A stretch of 64,000 nucleotides of DNA from Candidatus Latescibacterota bacterium (GTDB taxonomy: Bacteria > Latescibacterota > UBA2968 > GCA-2709665). A program made the translations under genes and the position numbers. Under the pieces are notes generated by a model. The model made no database searches, was not told the origin of the DNA, and saw only the letters and a program-made list of their open reading frames with translations. Below are positions 1 to 9,966 of the stretch, one piece after another. Position 1 is the stretch's first letter; each line of letters opens with the position of its first letter. The stretch is from positions 2,944,001-3,008,000 of the forward strand of contig OZ250150.1 in assembly GCA_965237675.1 (NCBI GenBank). The letters are read 5' to 3'.

Positions 1-412
1 AAAAAAAGCGAAACGGACCCAGCCATTTGATGTTCAGGCCCACCACGGCGGAAAAAAGTACCTTTGTCGACGACAGGTCGATGAGTTCGGTATCCGATTC
101 CTCTTTCGTGTATATCAGACCGCTTCCGACGCCGCCGTAGATGCGAAGGTTGTTCCCCAGAGGGATTTTGTAGAGCCCCCGGATGGATAATGGCACCGTA
201 ATCACACCGGATTTTTCGTAGTACTCCCCGGCGAGCATCACCCCGGCGGGTTTGCTGCCGAACGGCAGGATGATGGATGCATGCCAGCCGGGTTCTTTGT
301 CTTCGATATAGAGTCCGCCCCCAGCGCGAAAGGCGATCTGGGCGTGTATCTTCGTGGTGGCCGCACCCAGCAGGCAGAACACGGCCAGTGCCGGGACAAG
401 GTATCTGATCAT
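1..412 (-). CDS. Outer-membrane beta-barrel-like exported protein (runs off window start)
   Basis: Not in ORF track; manual translation from ATG 412: MIRYLVPALAVFCLLGAATTKIHAQIAFRAGGGLY...LRIYGGVGSGLIY...; signal peptide, amphipathic beta-strands, GAGAGGAG RBS upstream. Confidence 0.6.
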   Translation of the reverse strand, partial: MIRYLVPALAVFCLLGAATTKIHAQIAFRAGGGLYIEDKEPGWHASIILPFGSKPAGVMLAGEYYEKSGVITVPLSIRGLYKIPLGNNLRIYGGVGSGLIYTKEESDTELIDLSSTKVLFSAVVGLNIKWLGPFRFF

Positions 413-461
413 GGAAACGTTCTCCTCTCGAAAAAGAAATGACGCGCTCCGGACCCTGACT

Positions 462-824
462 TCAATATCGGTAAGCGATTCCCAGGCGACCGGCAGCCGC
501 CCGCAACTTTCCCTCTGAAGTCCACAACAACACGTCCGACAACCTGGCGGAAGCCATCAGGTGCGCATCGATCAAGCCGATCCCCGCGCCGGATAGCTTG
601 TGATGATCGATGAAATGCAGCACTTCCCGCTGGCCGGCCGTGGATGCCTGCGGAAGCGTTTGAAGCAACGTGAGAAAAATCGGCCTGTTGGCCAATCTTC
701 CGCACGCGAGTTCTCCGACGATCAGCGGGTGGCACGCCACCTTCGCCTCCCGAAGGAGCGTCCGCAGATGGGTGTTTCCCGCTTTCAGGAACGAGATCCA
801 TATTGTCGTATCGACGAGGACCAT
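462..824 (-). CDS. vapC: VapC family PIN-domain toxin
   Basis: MVLVDTTIWI start motif, HPLIVGEL, GLIDAHL; ATG 824 directly follows antitoxin stop. Confidence 0.9.
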   Translation of the reverse strand: MVLVDTTIWISFLKAGNTHLRTLLREAKVACHPLIVGELACGRLANRPIFLTLLQTLPQASTAGQREVLHFIDHHKLSGAGIGLIDAHLMASARLSDVLLWTSEGKLRAAAGRLGIAYRY

Positions 825-826
825 GG

Positions 827-1024
827 TTACGGGTTTTCGGGCCGCCGCCGCGGGACCGGCAGCAGGCTTTTTTCGGTGCCTTCGAGTTCCGCGAGCCTCT
901 TGCTGCTCTCGCGGGCGATCAGGGCTTCGAGGCCAAGCCTGACCAGGGCGGTTTTCTGTTTGATACCGGTTAAAGTGGATGCCTGGTTCATCAGGCCATC
1001 GTCTATATTGAGTGTCGTTCTCAT
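827..1024 (-). CDS. vapB: VapB family antitoxin
   Basis: MRTTLNIDDGLM...KTALVRLGLEALI RHH-type signature; directly upstream of PIN toxin. Confidence 0.9.
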   Translation of the reverse strand: MRTTLNIDDGLMNQASTLTGIKQKTALVRLGLEALIARESSKRLAELEGTEKSLLPVPRRRPENP

Positions 1025-1264
1025 ATGCTATAATATGCATAAATTATACATATAAGTCAAGTGAAATACACCGTCGTCGAATGAGACCCGCCTGATCGGC
1101 CGCGGCATGAACGCGCGCCGGAATTTGCTTTGGGGATTGATTGGCGATTTGTTTAATTGCGATATGGCCGCTCGATAATCACAAACTCCCACCGCGCGGG
1201 CCCGCCGGATACACCAGGCAGGACCAACCGTTCGAGCCCGGACGCTATTTCAAATCGGTGACAG

Positions 1265-1702
1265 ATGGCTGAGAAATTCAAACTGATTCCGGAAGCGCAT
1301 GTCTTCCTGATGAACGGCGACGACGAAGTGCTACTACTGAGACGTTACAATACAGGGTATGAGGATGGGAAGTACAGCGTGATCGCGGGGCACATCGACG
1401 GCAACGAGGAGGTCAGGGCAGCGGCCATACGGGAAGCCCGGGAAGAGGCTGGAATCGACATCGAGATCTCTGACATCGAAGTGGTCGGGGTGATTCACCG
1501 TAAGGACGAGGACGAGCGGGTGGCGTTCTTCCTTGCTGCCTCCAGGTGGAGCGGCGACACTGTCAACGCCGAGCCTTACAGGTGCGACGACCTGTCATGG
1601 TATTCCATTCACGAACTGCCTGCCAATATGGTGCCTTACGTCCGGCGGGGCTTCGAAAATTATCTGAACGGGCGGTTCTACGACAGTTTTGGATGGGAGT
1701 GA
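1265..1702 (+). CDS. Nudix hydrolase
   Basis: Nudix box AGHIDGNEEVRAAAIREAREEAG. Confidence 0.9.
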   Translation: MAEKFKLIPEAHVFLMNGDDEVLLLRRYNTGYEDGKYSVIAGHIDGNEEVRAAAIREAREEAGIDIEISDIEVVGVIHRKDEDERVAFFLAASRWSGDTVNAEPYRCDDLSWYSIHELPANMVPYVRRGFENYLNGRFYDSFGWE

Positions 1703-1799
1703 CAGTCCAGGGCTCTCGCCGGATGATCGCCTCGGGATACGGCCTGATGAAAGCCCGCTCTATCATTCTGAGCGCAGTCAAGAGAGGACTTCAACAACC

Positions 1800-2249
1800 A
1801 TGGAAGACAGGAAGATCGACCTTACGGTCCAGATGCCCCCTCAATTAAGAGTCCTTCTGGTCGCACTTGGAGTCTTACACATCATTGGCGGTATTCTCTT
1901 TATCAGCGGCGGAAACGACTATTTCGGTTTCCTGAATTTGGCCCTCGGTCCAATGTGGCTGTTATGGGGTTTGTTTTACAGCCGAATCAACAGACACATG
2001 ATCGTGATTCATGAGGGGCACCTGGAAATCCGCAGAGGTCTCTTCAGGAACCGCAGAATGCCATGGGCATCAATTTCGGAAATCGGTTTCGAGTCGTCCA
2101 GGATGGAAATCCGGGTTGTCAGAGGAAAGAGCGCGACTGTGAAATTCGGGGAAATGAGTTATAGCGCAAATCAGACCATAAAACACGAGTTCGTCTCAAA
2201 ACTCAGACCCTTTTCCGAGGCAAACGGGGTGTCGATTGTGGGCGGTTAG
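1800..2249 (+). CDS. Small membrane protein (2 TM plus PH-like domain)
   Basis: ATG 1800 after GAGAGGA; two hydrophobic helices then IRRGLFRNRRMPWASI, typical of bacterial PH-domain membrane proteins. Confidence 0.55.
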   Translation: MEDRKIDLTVQMPPQLRVLLVALGVLHIIGGILFISGGNDYFGFLNLALGPMWLLWGLFYSRINRHMIVIHEGHLEIRRGLFRNRRMPWASISEIGFESSRMEIRVVRGKSATVKFGEMSYSANQTIKHEFVSKLRPFSEANGVSIVGG

Positions 2250-2369
2250 CCAACATGGCCGCGGCGCTCGAATCGTCTCAGGCTGTTGTGAATATGCGTG
2301 CGGTCAATCTGGGAACCGGCTGTCGGAGCATTGCGGCATCCAGGAACAATATCAGGTCGAGGATTGAAC

Positions 2370-3116
2370 TTGAGCGATTCTTCGTCCGAATATTTCAGTT
2401 ATTTCGCGAACATCGCGGAATCGTACGATCGGGTCCAGCCGGTCCTCAGCCCACCGTACGCCAGGGGCCTGGAGATGATCGTCGATCTGATTCCCTTCGA
2501 ATCGGGCGATTCATTCGAGTTTGTGGATCTCGGCTGCGGCACGGCGGAGCCGACGGCGCGTGTGTTGGAACGCTTTCACCGGGCCACGGGTACGTGCATA
2601 GACAGCGAACCCGAGATGCTCAGGCTCGCGAAGCGGAAATTGACGCCGTATTCGGGAAGGATCGAGGTAAGGGAAACGGACATTACCGGTTGCGCGGTGC
2701 CGTCGTGCGACGTGGTTTTCTCGGGGAAAACCGTTCACCACGTACATCCCGGCGATTTGCGATCGCTATTTGCGCGGATCGCGGGCGCGCTGAGGCCGAA
2801 CGGTTGTTTCATCCTCTACGACACGATGTCGATCGGCCCCGGTTGGGGAGCGGAAGTTCGCCTGCAATTGTCGCGATACCGCGAGCGTCACATCCGGAAC
2901 GCTATTGAATCGGGGATCGCGACCCGGGAGGAAATCGACGCTAGGCGGGAATACAAACGAAAGATGAAGGCGGCGGGGAAGGACGTCGAGTACGAACACC
3001 GCGCGGAAGATCTCATCAACGCGATGACGGGGGCGGGGTTCGACGACGTTGCCGTGGTCTGGCGGATGTTTGCGGACACAATCCTGCTGGCCTTAGCGTC
3101 GCCGGGCGATTCCTGA
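2370..3116 (+). CDS. Class I SAM-dependent methyltransferase
   Basis: Motif I VDLGCGTA, IDSEPEML, ALRPNGCF; start uncertain (TTG 2370 follows GAGGA; ORF open from 2298). Confidence 0.85.
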   Translation: MSDSSSEYFSYFANIAESYDRVQPVLSPPYARGLEMIVDLIPFESGDSFEFVDLGCGTAEPTARVLERFHRATGTCIDSEPEMLRLAKRKLTPYSGRIEVRETDITGCAVPSCDVVFSGKTVHHVHPGDLRSLFARIAGALRPNGCFILYDTMSIGPGWGAEVRLQLSRYRERHIRNAIESGIATREEIDARREYKRKMKAAGKDVEYEHRAEDLINAMTGAGFDDVAVVWRMFADTILLALASPGDS

Positions 3117-3179
3117 AGCGAAAATGCGGGGTGTGACAAATTCGCAAATTTTCTCGGATATTCTCTCCTGGTCTAAAGA

Positions 3180-3300
3180 TCACTCGTCCACGAGACGCAA
3201 AGCTTCTTCTTTCAAAGCAGTGCTGACGTAGAATTTCGACATTTCCGATCCGTTCGAGCGCAATCAGGCAGGTGCTATCCGATACGATGCAATCGCTCAC
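3180..3300 (-). pseudogene. DUF3368-type PIN toxin remnant with internal deletion
   Basis: N-terminus IVSDSTCLIALERIG joined out of frame to C-terminus FYVSTALKEEALRLVDE*; follows UPF0175 gene. Confidence 0.7.
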
Positions 3301-3521
3301 TCACCGATCTCCTGCCGCAACTCTACAGGAGAATAATCGAAGATCGGAACCTGATGTTTCCCAAGAATCTCCATAAAAACGCGTTTGGAGTGTCCAGCGG
3401 ATCTTGCCGCCTGACCAAGTGAAACTTTACCAGTTTCATAGAGCTTGATGGCGAGGAGTATTTTCGCTTCTTCCTGCGATAGTCCGGAAGGAAGCTCGAC
3501 TCTCAAGTCTGTTGCAACCAT
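3297..3521 (-). CDS. UPF0175 family predicted antitoxin
   Basis: LAIKLYETGKVSLGQAARSAG...FMEIL signature; overlaps start of DUF3368 remnant. Confidence 0.85.
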   Translation of the reverse strand: MVATDLRVELPSGLSQEEAKILLAIKLYETGKVSLGQAARSAGHSKRVFMEILGKHQVPIFDYSPVELRQEIGE

Positions 3522-3625
3522 AGTTTGCGTCCTAGGGAATTTGCGCCTCGTAAGTTTTCGTCAGGAAGTTGGACCAGATTCGTCTAATGACGAAAACAAA
3601 AGTTAATCCGACCGAAAATCAAAAT

Positions 3626-3853
3626 CACGTGCTGACGTCGATCCGGGCGCTGAGCCGGGACCCTGAGCCGTTGGACCCTGACCCTGCCCTGAGCCGCCGC
3701 CCTGAGCTTGTCGAAGGGTTGTCGAAGGGTCGGGGAAGGACTTTAAAGAGCGAATGGTTAGCGAAGCGTGGGCACTTCGACAAGCTCGTTTCGACACGCT
3801 TGCTTCGACAAGCTCAGCACGCGCAACGCACGCAATGACCACGTTTCGCGCAT
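3626..3853. repeat. Composite CCCTGAGCTTGTCGAAGGG / CTTCGACAAGCTCA palindromic repeat element, copy 1
   Basis: Stuttered CCCTGAGC and TCGAAGGG units; colinear related copy at ~60484-60720. Confidence 0.8.
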
Positions 3854-3913
3854 CCCAAACCATCCCTGAGGCCGTTTGATTCTAGTCTCAATCTGTATCC
3901 ATTCTTGGACTGA

Positions 3914-4858
3914 TTAGTTAGAAAAAAGCACACCGTCACGCATCATAACTGAAATCGGTGCGTTCCTTGTCGCCAGTCTTGATTCCACACCCTCGCCAAT
4001 GGTCAATTGGACGCGGCTACCGCTGTCACCAACGACATGTGCCCTCAAGCGTTCATCGATGATGCATCGCTCGTTTGTTTTCAGATTTAAATCGCCTGCG
4101 AATTTTCTTCCAAGAACCAAAGAAACCGGATCATTCGACGTTTCGGCAGCGACCGGACCGATGGAGTTGTCAGTCAATGCTATCGAGATTTCGCCGTTGG
4201 AAGTGCGGGCGGCAACAGAACTATCGGCCGAAGTGATGGCGATCACTCCGTTGGTGGTCCGGGCATCAACGGGTCCTTTCACACCCCTGATTGTGATGTC
4301 ACCATTTGTTGATCTTGCCGTTATCGATCCATTGTTGCGCAAATTAAATATGTCATCATTGCTTGTTGTCGCTATAAGACTGCCGTGGTGATTCGTTGCC
4401 TCGATTCGGTCATTGCTCGTCGTCAAATGCACAGTTCCGGATAGACCCTTAATAAGAATTGGTGCATTGGAAGTTGCTGCGAAGATGCCCTTCACGTCTG
4501 GAACTTGAATCTCGAAACTGGTATATTCGGTGTTTTTTCTGCCTCCTTCTGGCCACCTGACCTCTATCCGGAGAGTATCTCCTTCGTGACGCTGGGGAAC
4601 GATGAGAGTTGAACTCATGCGCTCTAAGGATTTGGCAACTATCACAGCTTTAATTTGAAGGTCACTACGATCGGTCGTCTCGACGGAAACGGTACAGTTA
4701 TCAGTCTCAATCCTGATAAATGTCCCCGGGATATGAGGCAAACGTCTGACTCGGGTCTCGGTGAAACCAGAGTCTCGAGTTCCGAGATGATGCACGTGTT
4801 CACAGCCAGGCAAGAATAGCGTGGCCATGCAAACTACCACGAATGTACATTGTGTCAT
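3914..4858 (-). CDS. DUF4097 beta-strand-repeat (adhesin-like) protein, probable lipoprotein
   Basis: Repeated TSN/TTNG-x-I units; LPGC lipobox-like N-terminus. Confidence 0.8.
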   Translation of the reverse strand: MTQCTFVVVCMATLFLPGCEHVHHLGTRDSGFTETRVRRLPHIPGTFIRIETDNCTVSVETTDRSDLQIKAVIVAKSLERMSSTLIVPQRHEGDTLRIEVRWPEGGRKNTEYTSFEIQVPDVKGIFAATSNAPILIKGLSGTVHLTTSNDRIEATNHHGSLIATTSNDDIFNLRNNGSITARSTNGDITIRGVKGPVDARTTNGVIAITSADSSVAARTSNGEISIALTDNSIGPVAAETSNDPVSLVLGRKFAGDLNLKTNERCIIDERLRAHVVGDSGSRVQLTIGEGVESRLATRNAPISVMMRDGVLFSN

Positions 4859-5083
4859 GCTATATTCCTCATAAGGATCACATCAAGCATGATTCACAAT
4901 TCCGTGAGTGGAGTTCCCTGCGTGCCATAGTATGGTGAGACAACTCACATTTATAACATCAGGGAACAATGTAGAGGGCGAGGGTACCGTTAGGATCGGA
5001 CCCTTGGGCCTCGCCGCCACCCGGTGCCGAGTAGTCGGTGTGCATCGAAATCTACTCGTGCATCGGGCGATCGCCGGCCGCGA

Positions 5084-5947
5084 CTATTGCGATCCGGCGC
5101 TGACGACGGGTTGGGTCGACTCGTGCGAGCAGAGGACGACCAGCAGGTTGCTGACCATCTTCGCCCTCTGTTCCTCGTTCAGCTTGATGACGTCCTCGTC
5201 CGTCAGCCGCTTCACCGCCATTTCCACCATCCCCACGGCTCCGTCGACGATCTTGGCCCGCGCCGAAATGACCGCTTCGGCCTGCTGGCGCTGCAACATG
5301 GCGTTGGCGATTTCAGGGGCATAGGCCAGGTGGTTGATCCTGGCTTCCTCGATCCGGACGCCCGCGTCCTGAACGCGCTGCTGGATCTCCGCGCCGAGGG
5401 ATTCCGATACCTCCGTGATCGAAGATCGGAGGCTGATCTCGTCGCCCTCAGCCTGGTCGTAGGGGTAGCTGGTTGCGAGATGTCTGATTGCCGATTCCGA
5501 CTGAACCTTTACATATTGTTCATAGTCGTCCACGTCGAACAAAGCCTGTACGGCGACCCGCACTCTCCAGACGATGACGGCGGAGATTTCGATGGGGTTG
5601 CCCCTGCTGTCGTTCACCTTGAGCCGTTCGCTGTCGAAATTCCTGGCGCGCAGCGAGACCTTCGTCCGACTCTTGAACGGATTGGTCCATCGAAATCCCT
5701 GGGTGGTCTCGGTACCCTTATAGTCGCCGAAAAGCAGGAGGACGACGCACTGATTCGGTTCCACTGCGAATAACCCGGTGAGGAAGACGATCACGATCAG
5801 GAGAAGCAGGATCGACGAGACAATGGGAACGGCCCCGCCGCCCATTACACCGTATATGAACACGGCCACGGACAGGGCCAGAAGCAGTAGAGATACGGAC
5901 AGCATCAACCAGCCGCTGAACTGCGGGGTGATTTTTTCTTCCGTCAT
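5084..5947 (-). CDS. SPFH/band 7 domain membrane protein
   Basis: Two TM helices, [38 protein letters not shown]. Confidence 0.9.
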   Translation of the reverse strand: MTEEKITPQFSGWLMLSVSLLLLALSVAVFIYGVMGGGAVPIVSSILLLLIVIVFLTGLFAVEPNQCVVLLLFGDYKGTETTQGFRWTNPFKSRTKVSLRARNFDSERLKVNDSRGNPIEISAVIVWRVRVAVQALFDVDDYEQYVKVQSESAIRHLATSYPYDQAEGDEISLRSSITEVSESLGAEIQQRVQDAGVRIEEARINHLAYAPEIANAMLQRQQAEAVISARAKIVDGAVGMVEMAVKRLTDEDVIKLNEEQRAKMVSNLLVVLCSHESTQPVVSAGSQ

Positions 5948-6201
5948 GTGAGACCTCCATGGAGAATGGGAATGGATGTTTCCAATCTATGAGCGGATCG
6001 GACTACGCACTGCGGGTCCTGCGCCGTTAGGACCGGGCGCCCGGAATACATACGGTACGACGCTAAAGTGAACCATTTTGTTTCGACGCGAATCGAGAGT
6101 ATATCCTCAGCGACACGGCGTACCATCTGGACTGCGGGTATCCGAGCACGGTGTGTTTTGAGGACGGCAACATCGTGACAGGACAACGCATATCTCCCCC
6201 T

Positions 6202-6299
6202 TTCCTTTAGGAGAGGGGGCCGGGGGGAGAGGTCCCGGGACCGCGGGCTTCCTTTAGGAGAGGGGGCCGGGGGGAGAGGTCCCGGGACCGCGGGCTTCC
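6202..6299. repeat. Exact 47-bp tandem duplication, G-rich
   Basis: TTCCTTTAGGAGAGGGGGCCGGGGGGAGAGGTCCCGGGACCGCGGGC starts at 6202 and again at 6249. Confidence 0.9.
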
Positions 6300-6326
6300 A
6301 GCCCTCGAAGCGCCGTCATTGGATTT

Positions 6327-6351
6327 TAAGGGGCAACCCTTGTGGTTGCCC
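6327..6351 (+). repeat. GTAG-type REP-like palindrome (degenerate 5' end)
   Basis: AGGGGCAACCCTTGTGGTTGCCC, same as 7203 and 40081. Confidence 0.75.
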
Positions 6352-6439
6352 GCGTCGGGCCGTAGAAATCGATGGTTGACATCGCCGGGACGTTACGCTA
6401 ACCGGTCTTAGCTGATAGCCGCACCAGGAGCCGAATATC

Positions 6440-7174
6440 ATGTTGAAACAGATTTCCACTTCTGTCTATTGCTGTTCCGAGATTCACGGAGCAGCCAGAA
6501 ATGAGCCCTACACGTGGAACAGCTTTGTCATCCCGACGAGCCATCGGGACGGCCTGATCCTTGTCGATCCGCTTCCGCTTTCGGCTGAAGAAGAGAGGGA
6601 AATCGAAGCCATGGGTAAGCCCGCGCACATTCTTGTAACCTGCGAATACCACCTGCGGCAATCGGAAGCATTCAGGGAGAGATGGGGTTGCGACATTCGC
6701 ATCCACCCACACGGATTGGGATACTCCGAAGCGGCGATTGACGAGACTTTTCGGGACGGAGACTTGCTATGGGACCGGATCGAAGTGATCCATATCCCCG
6801 ATGCCCACTATCCCGAGGAGGTCGCGTTTCTGGTGCGGGGAGATGGAAATACGATGATTGTGGGTGATGCGGTCTGTGGAGGAAGAATGGATCGAGGGGT
6901 TCCGGACGGCGAACTCTGGATAAATGGTCCGGAGTACGTCGCCGATCTTTCCCGCGCGCGGAGTTCCCTTCGGAAGTTGGCAAGACACGCTTTTGAGAAA
7001 ATGTGTTTCGGACACGGGTCTCCGATTACAACGGGCGCCAGCGATCTGTTCGTCCGGCTTGTCGAAGATGACGCCGCCTGGGAGAAGCTGAAATCGGAAA
7101 AAATAGAGAGAACGAACCCGGCCTCGCTGGAATTCATCAGGACAATGGCGGCAAGGAAATCGCGTTGCGCATAG
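6440..7174 (+). CDS. Metallo-beta-lactamase-fold protein, atypical metal motif
   Basis: ILVDP, ILVTCEYHLR in place of HxHxDH, IVGDA, CFGHG. Confidence 0.75.
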   Translation: MLKQISTSVYCCSEIHGAARNEPYTWNSFVIPTSHRDGLILVDPLPLSAEEEREIEAMGKPAHILVTCEYHLRQSEAFRERWGCDIRIHPHGLGYSEAAIDETFRDGDLLWDRIEVIHIPDAHYPEEVAFLVRGDGNTMIVGDAVCGGRMDRGVPDGELWINGPEYVADLSRARSSLRKLARHAFEKMCFGHGSPITTGASDLFVRLVEDDAAWEKLKSEKIERTNPASLEFIRTMAARKSRCA

Positions 7175-7200
7175 GGGCGCCCCATTCCACGACCCGCTTC

Positions 7201-7296
7201 GTAGGGGCAACCCTTGTGGTTGCCCTGGTGATGGCGCTGATTTCGCTAACTCAACACTGCATCGGATCTGTAGGGGCGACCGGCCGGTCGCTCTAC
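7201..7296 (+). repeat. Pair of GTAG-type REP-like palindromes
   Basis: GTAGGGGCAACCCTTGTGGTTGCCC (7201) and GTAGGGGCGACCGGCCGGTCGCTCTAC (7270). Confidence 0.8.
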
Positions 7297-7555
7297 ACCA
7301 AAATGGACGGAACGCCCCTCATGATGTCGAATATGCTCTGTAGCGGGTGTAGGAGTATTCCAGGCCGCATGAGTCGCAATATGCGACATCGATAAGGCCG
7401 ACGGGTCGTTTTCCATGTTCCTTATCGACAACCGAAAATTGTAGATTTGGGTCGACATTTAGCGTAAAGGGGGTTTCGTCGTGTCGCATGACACCAGCTT
7501 CGGCCTTTCGGTTATCGGTCCGATATCGTTGAATTGTCCAGGTATTCCTGTATAG

Positions 7556-8416
7556 ATGGGGTCTGTTGAAATGTCACCTGCTGACAATCACGTATTGCGG
7601 GCTTCCGCGGCGCATTATCACTGGCAAGGCAGAGGGATGCTCTCCCTAAAGTCTTTCCGGAATGGGGCCGCACGCTATCAAGTGAACGGCTGCGACATTC
7701 AGGTGGATGAGGGATCGTATCTCGTATTGAACCACGATCAGGAATACACAATAGATATCGATTCCGCATGCGTCGTAGACGCCTTTTGTCTGTTCTTTCG
7801 CGGCGGGTTCGCTGAGGAAGTCCTGCGCAGTCAGAACGCAGAGGCGCCCACCCTGGTTGATGACCCTAACGACGTCCCAACTTTTCTCGAATTCTTCCAG
7901 GTTTCGCGGCCTCATGACGACATCCTCACGCCTGAGTTGAACAGGTTTAGGGCGGTGTATCCCGAGCGCCGGCGGGAATCGGGGTGGATTGACGAGCGGA
8001 TGCACACAATCATGGAGAGACTGCTCCGGGTACAGGGTCGGGTGCATCGCGAGGTCCAGGCGGTGGAGGCAGTTCGGGCTTCAACTCGAACAGAGCTTTA
8101 CAAGCGAATCCATAGGGCTCGGGATTTTATCTGCTTCTCGTACGCGGAGTCCATTTCGTTAGACGACATGGCTGGGGTCGCATGCCTGTCCGTTAATCAT
8201 TTCCTGCGGACTTTCAAGCAGATTCTGGGGCAAACGCCGCATCAATTCCTGGTTTCAATGCGCCTGGCGCGAGCCGCGATTCTCCTTACCGAAACGGATC
8301 GCTCTGTAACGGAGGTCGCCCTGGCCGTCGGATTTGAGAGTCCGGGTTCGTTTTCCTGGCTGTTTCGCCGGCGTTTCGGAGTTTCTCCGACGGGATTTCG
8401 CAATACAAAAAAGTGA
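7556..8416 (+). CDS. AraC family transcriptional regulator
   Basis: C-terminal double HTH: ISLDDMAGVACLSVNHFLRTFK...SVTEVALAVGFESPGSFSWLFRR; alternative ATG 7571. Confidence 0.92.
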   Translation: MGSVEMSPADNHVLRASAAHYHWQGRGMLSLKSFRNGAARYQVNGCDIQVDEGSYLVLNHDQEYTIDIDSACVVDAFCLFFRGGFAEEVLRSQNAEAPTLVDDPNDVPTFLEFFQVSRPHDDILTPELNRFRAVYPERRRESGWIDERMHTIMERLLRVQGRVHREVQAVEAVRASTRTELYKRIHRARDFICFSYAESISLDDMAGVACLSVNHFLRTFKQILGQTPHQFLVSMRLARAAILLTETDRSVTEVALAVGFESPGSFSWLFRRRFGVSPTGFRNTKK

Positions 8417-8488
8417 TTTCAAAGAAGTGTTCGACGACGGATGTCCTTATATTTGGGTGAACATCCAACCCAATAAAGGAGGTTCGCC

Positions 8489-8884
8489 ATGTCGCAGGGC
8501 ACCAGCTTAGGCCTGTCGGTCATCGGTCAGATTTCGGTAACCGTTCAGGATCTCGACCGGGCAGTAACGTTTTACCGCGATCAATTGGGAATGCAGTTCC
8601 TCTTCCGCGTTCCGAGGATGGCCTTTTTCAATTGTTCGGGCGTCCGGCTCCTGCTCGGACTTTCGGAAGATGAATCGGCGGACGTGCACGCTTCCGTGCT
8701 CTATTACAAGGTGGAGGACCTCGAGGACGCCTGCGATGTGCTGCGTTCACGGGGAGTAACGTTTGACAGTGGGCCTCACAAGATTGCCGATATGCCCGAC
8801 CATGAACTCTGGATGGCGTTCTTCCGGGACTCCGAGATGAATCTCATGGCCCTGATGGCGGAGAAGCTGAGAGGGGAGCAATGA
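8489..8884 (+). CDS. VOC/glyoxalase family protein
   Basis: IGQISVTVQDLDRAVTFYRDQLG...MAFFRDSEMN; strong AAGGAGG RBS. Confidence 0.9.
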   Translation: MSQGTSLGLSVIGQISVTVQDLDRAVTFYRDQLGMQFLFRVPRMAFFNCSGVRLLLGLSEDESADVHASVLYYKVEDLEDACDVLRSRGVTFDSGPHKIADMPDHELWMAFFRDSEMNLMALMAEKLRGEQ

Positions 8885-9081
8885 CGGTCGCAGTCTTCGA
8901 ACAAAACAGACCGGGCCGATCCCGTGTGGATCGCGCCCGAGAATTTGTCTGCCGCGACGGTCAATCTTCATTTGACATCGCCTGAGGCGCTCGCCGATGG
9001 ACGCACTTTTTCGCAAGCTTCAAGGCACGCCTGGAATATGACGTCGACCTGAAGCGCTTCTACGACGATCCCGAGGGCTGA
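8881..9081 (+). pseudogene. Possible SRPBCC/AHSA1-like gene remnant
   Basis: ATG overlaps VOC stop; internal TGA; tail RWTHFFASFKARLEYDVDL resembles SRPBCC C-terminal helix. Confidence 0.3.
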
Positions 9082-9378
9082 TACCCGGGCGTAGTGGCGG
9101 TGGAAAGCGCCACCACCTGGCTCCCGAGATTCCGCTGCGCGCCGTGCCGGATATACCGGTTCACGGCGCGTTTTGGGTTTCAGTCGCGCCGTACATGCGA
9201 AAGCGGGCCGAAGGATTCCCCGGTCCGCGGGTTGCGTCGAAGTGGATTTATCGATCAATCGGGACGTCTGGTGTAGCCGGCGACAATGTGAAGGGTGGCA
9301 TCAGCGGGATACTGACCGACCCATATACCGTTTTTCTATCCTGGCGCCACCCCGGCGCCATCTTCATCCGGTCCAGCC

Positions 9379-9855
9379 TCAGGATCCGCCCCCGGGGGTC
9401 GCGGCACTTCGTAAACGGCGCCAGGTCGTGTAGATCAGCATCGGGATTCCGACCAATACCAGAAATGGAACGAGAGCGTAGATGACCACCATATGGGGGC
9501 CGAGCAATCCGCCTACCAGACTGAACAGAACCGCAAGCGGAGTCGCCACCGCCAACCCGACCAGTAACAAAATGCGCGGGGTTCCGCCAACGCCCCTCAA
9601 CAGGCGTTGCGCCAGCAATCCGATCAGTAAGCCTGCCACAAAGAAGAGGATCAATCCGGACACAATGCCCGGAATCGCAACAAACAACTCAAATGGGTTC
9701 GAGACACCCATCGTACCGAAGCGAATTACGGCGATCAGCACCTGAAGAATGCATAGTCCCAGGCCGAACCACACCGGTGTCTTCCAGTAGTCCCACGAGC
9801 GACGGTTCGGAGCTTCCGCTTGACCACCAGCGGCGTTTCCTTCAACGTATTCCAT
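9379..9855 (-). CDS. Hypothetical 4-TM membrane protein
   Basis: Four hydrophobic segments; GGAGGA RBS. Confidence 0.7.
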   Translation of the reverse strand: MEYVEGNAAGGQAEAPNRRSWDYWKTPVWFGLGLCILQVLIAVIRFGTMGVSNPFELFVAIPGIVSGLILFFVAGLLIGLLAQRLLRGVGGTPRILLLVGLAVATPLAVLFSLVGGLLGPHMVVIYALVPFLVLVGIPMLIYTTWRRLRSAATPGGGS

Positions 9856-9966
9856 GGCGATGTTCCTCCGTTAAATCCGATCGAACGTCAGCGAGGTCTT
9901 CCATTGAAGAAGCGCAAGTCCCGCCTGTCGATCCGCCCGAAGTAAATACCTGATACGCTCATTCAT

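Noticed and set aside
462-1040. 192-aa VapB-VapC fusion ORF
   Set aside because: The extension is an alternative frame over vapB; the PIN domain starts at ATG 824
3626-3853. CRISPR array in the CCCTGAGC repeats (also 60484-60720)
   Set aside because: Units are short and degenerate with no constant-length unique spacers; no cas genes
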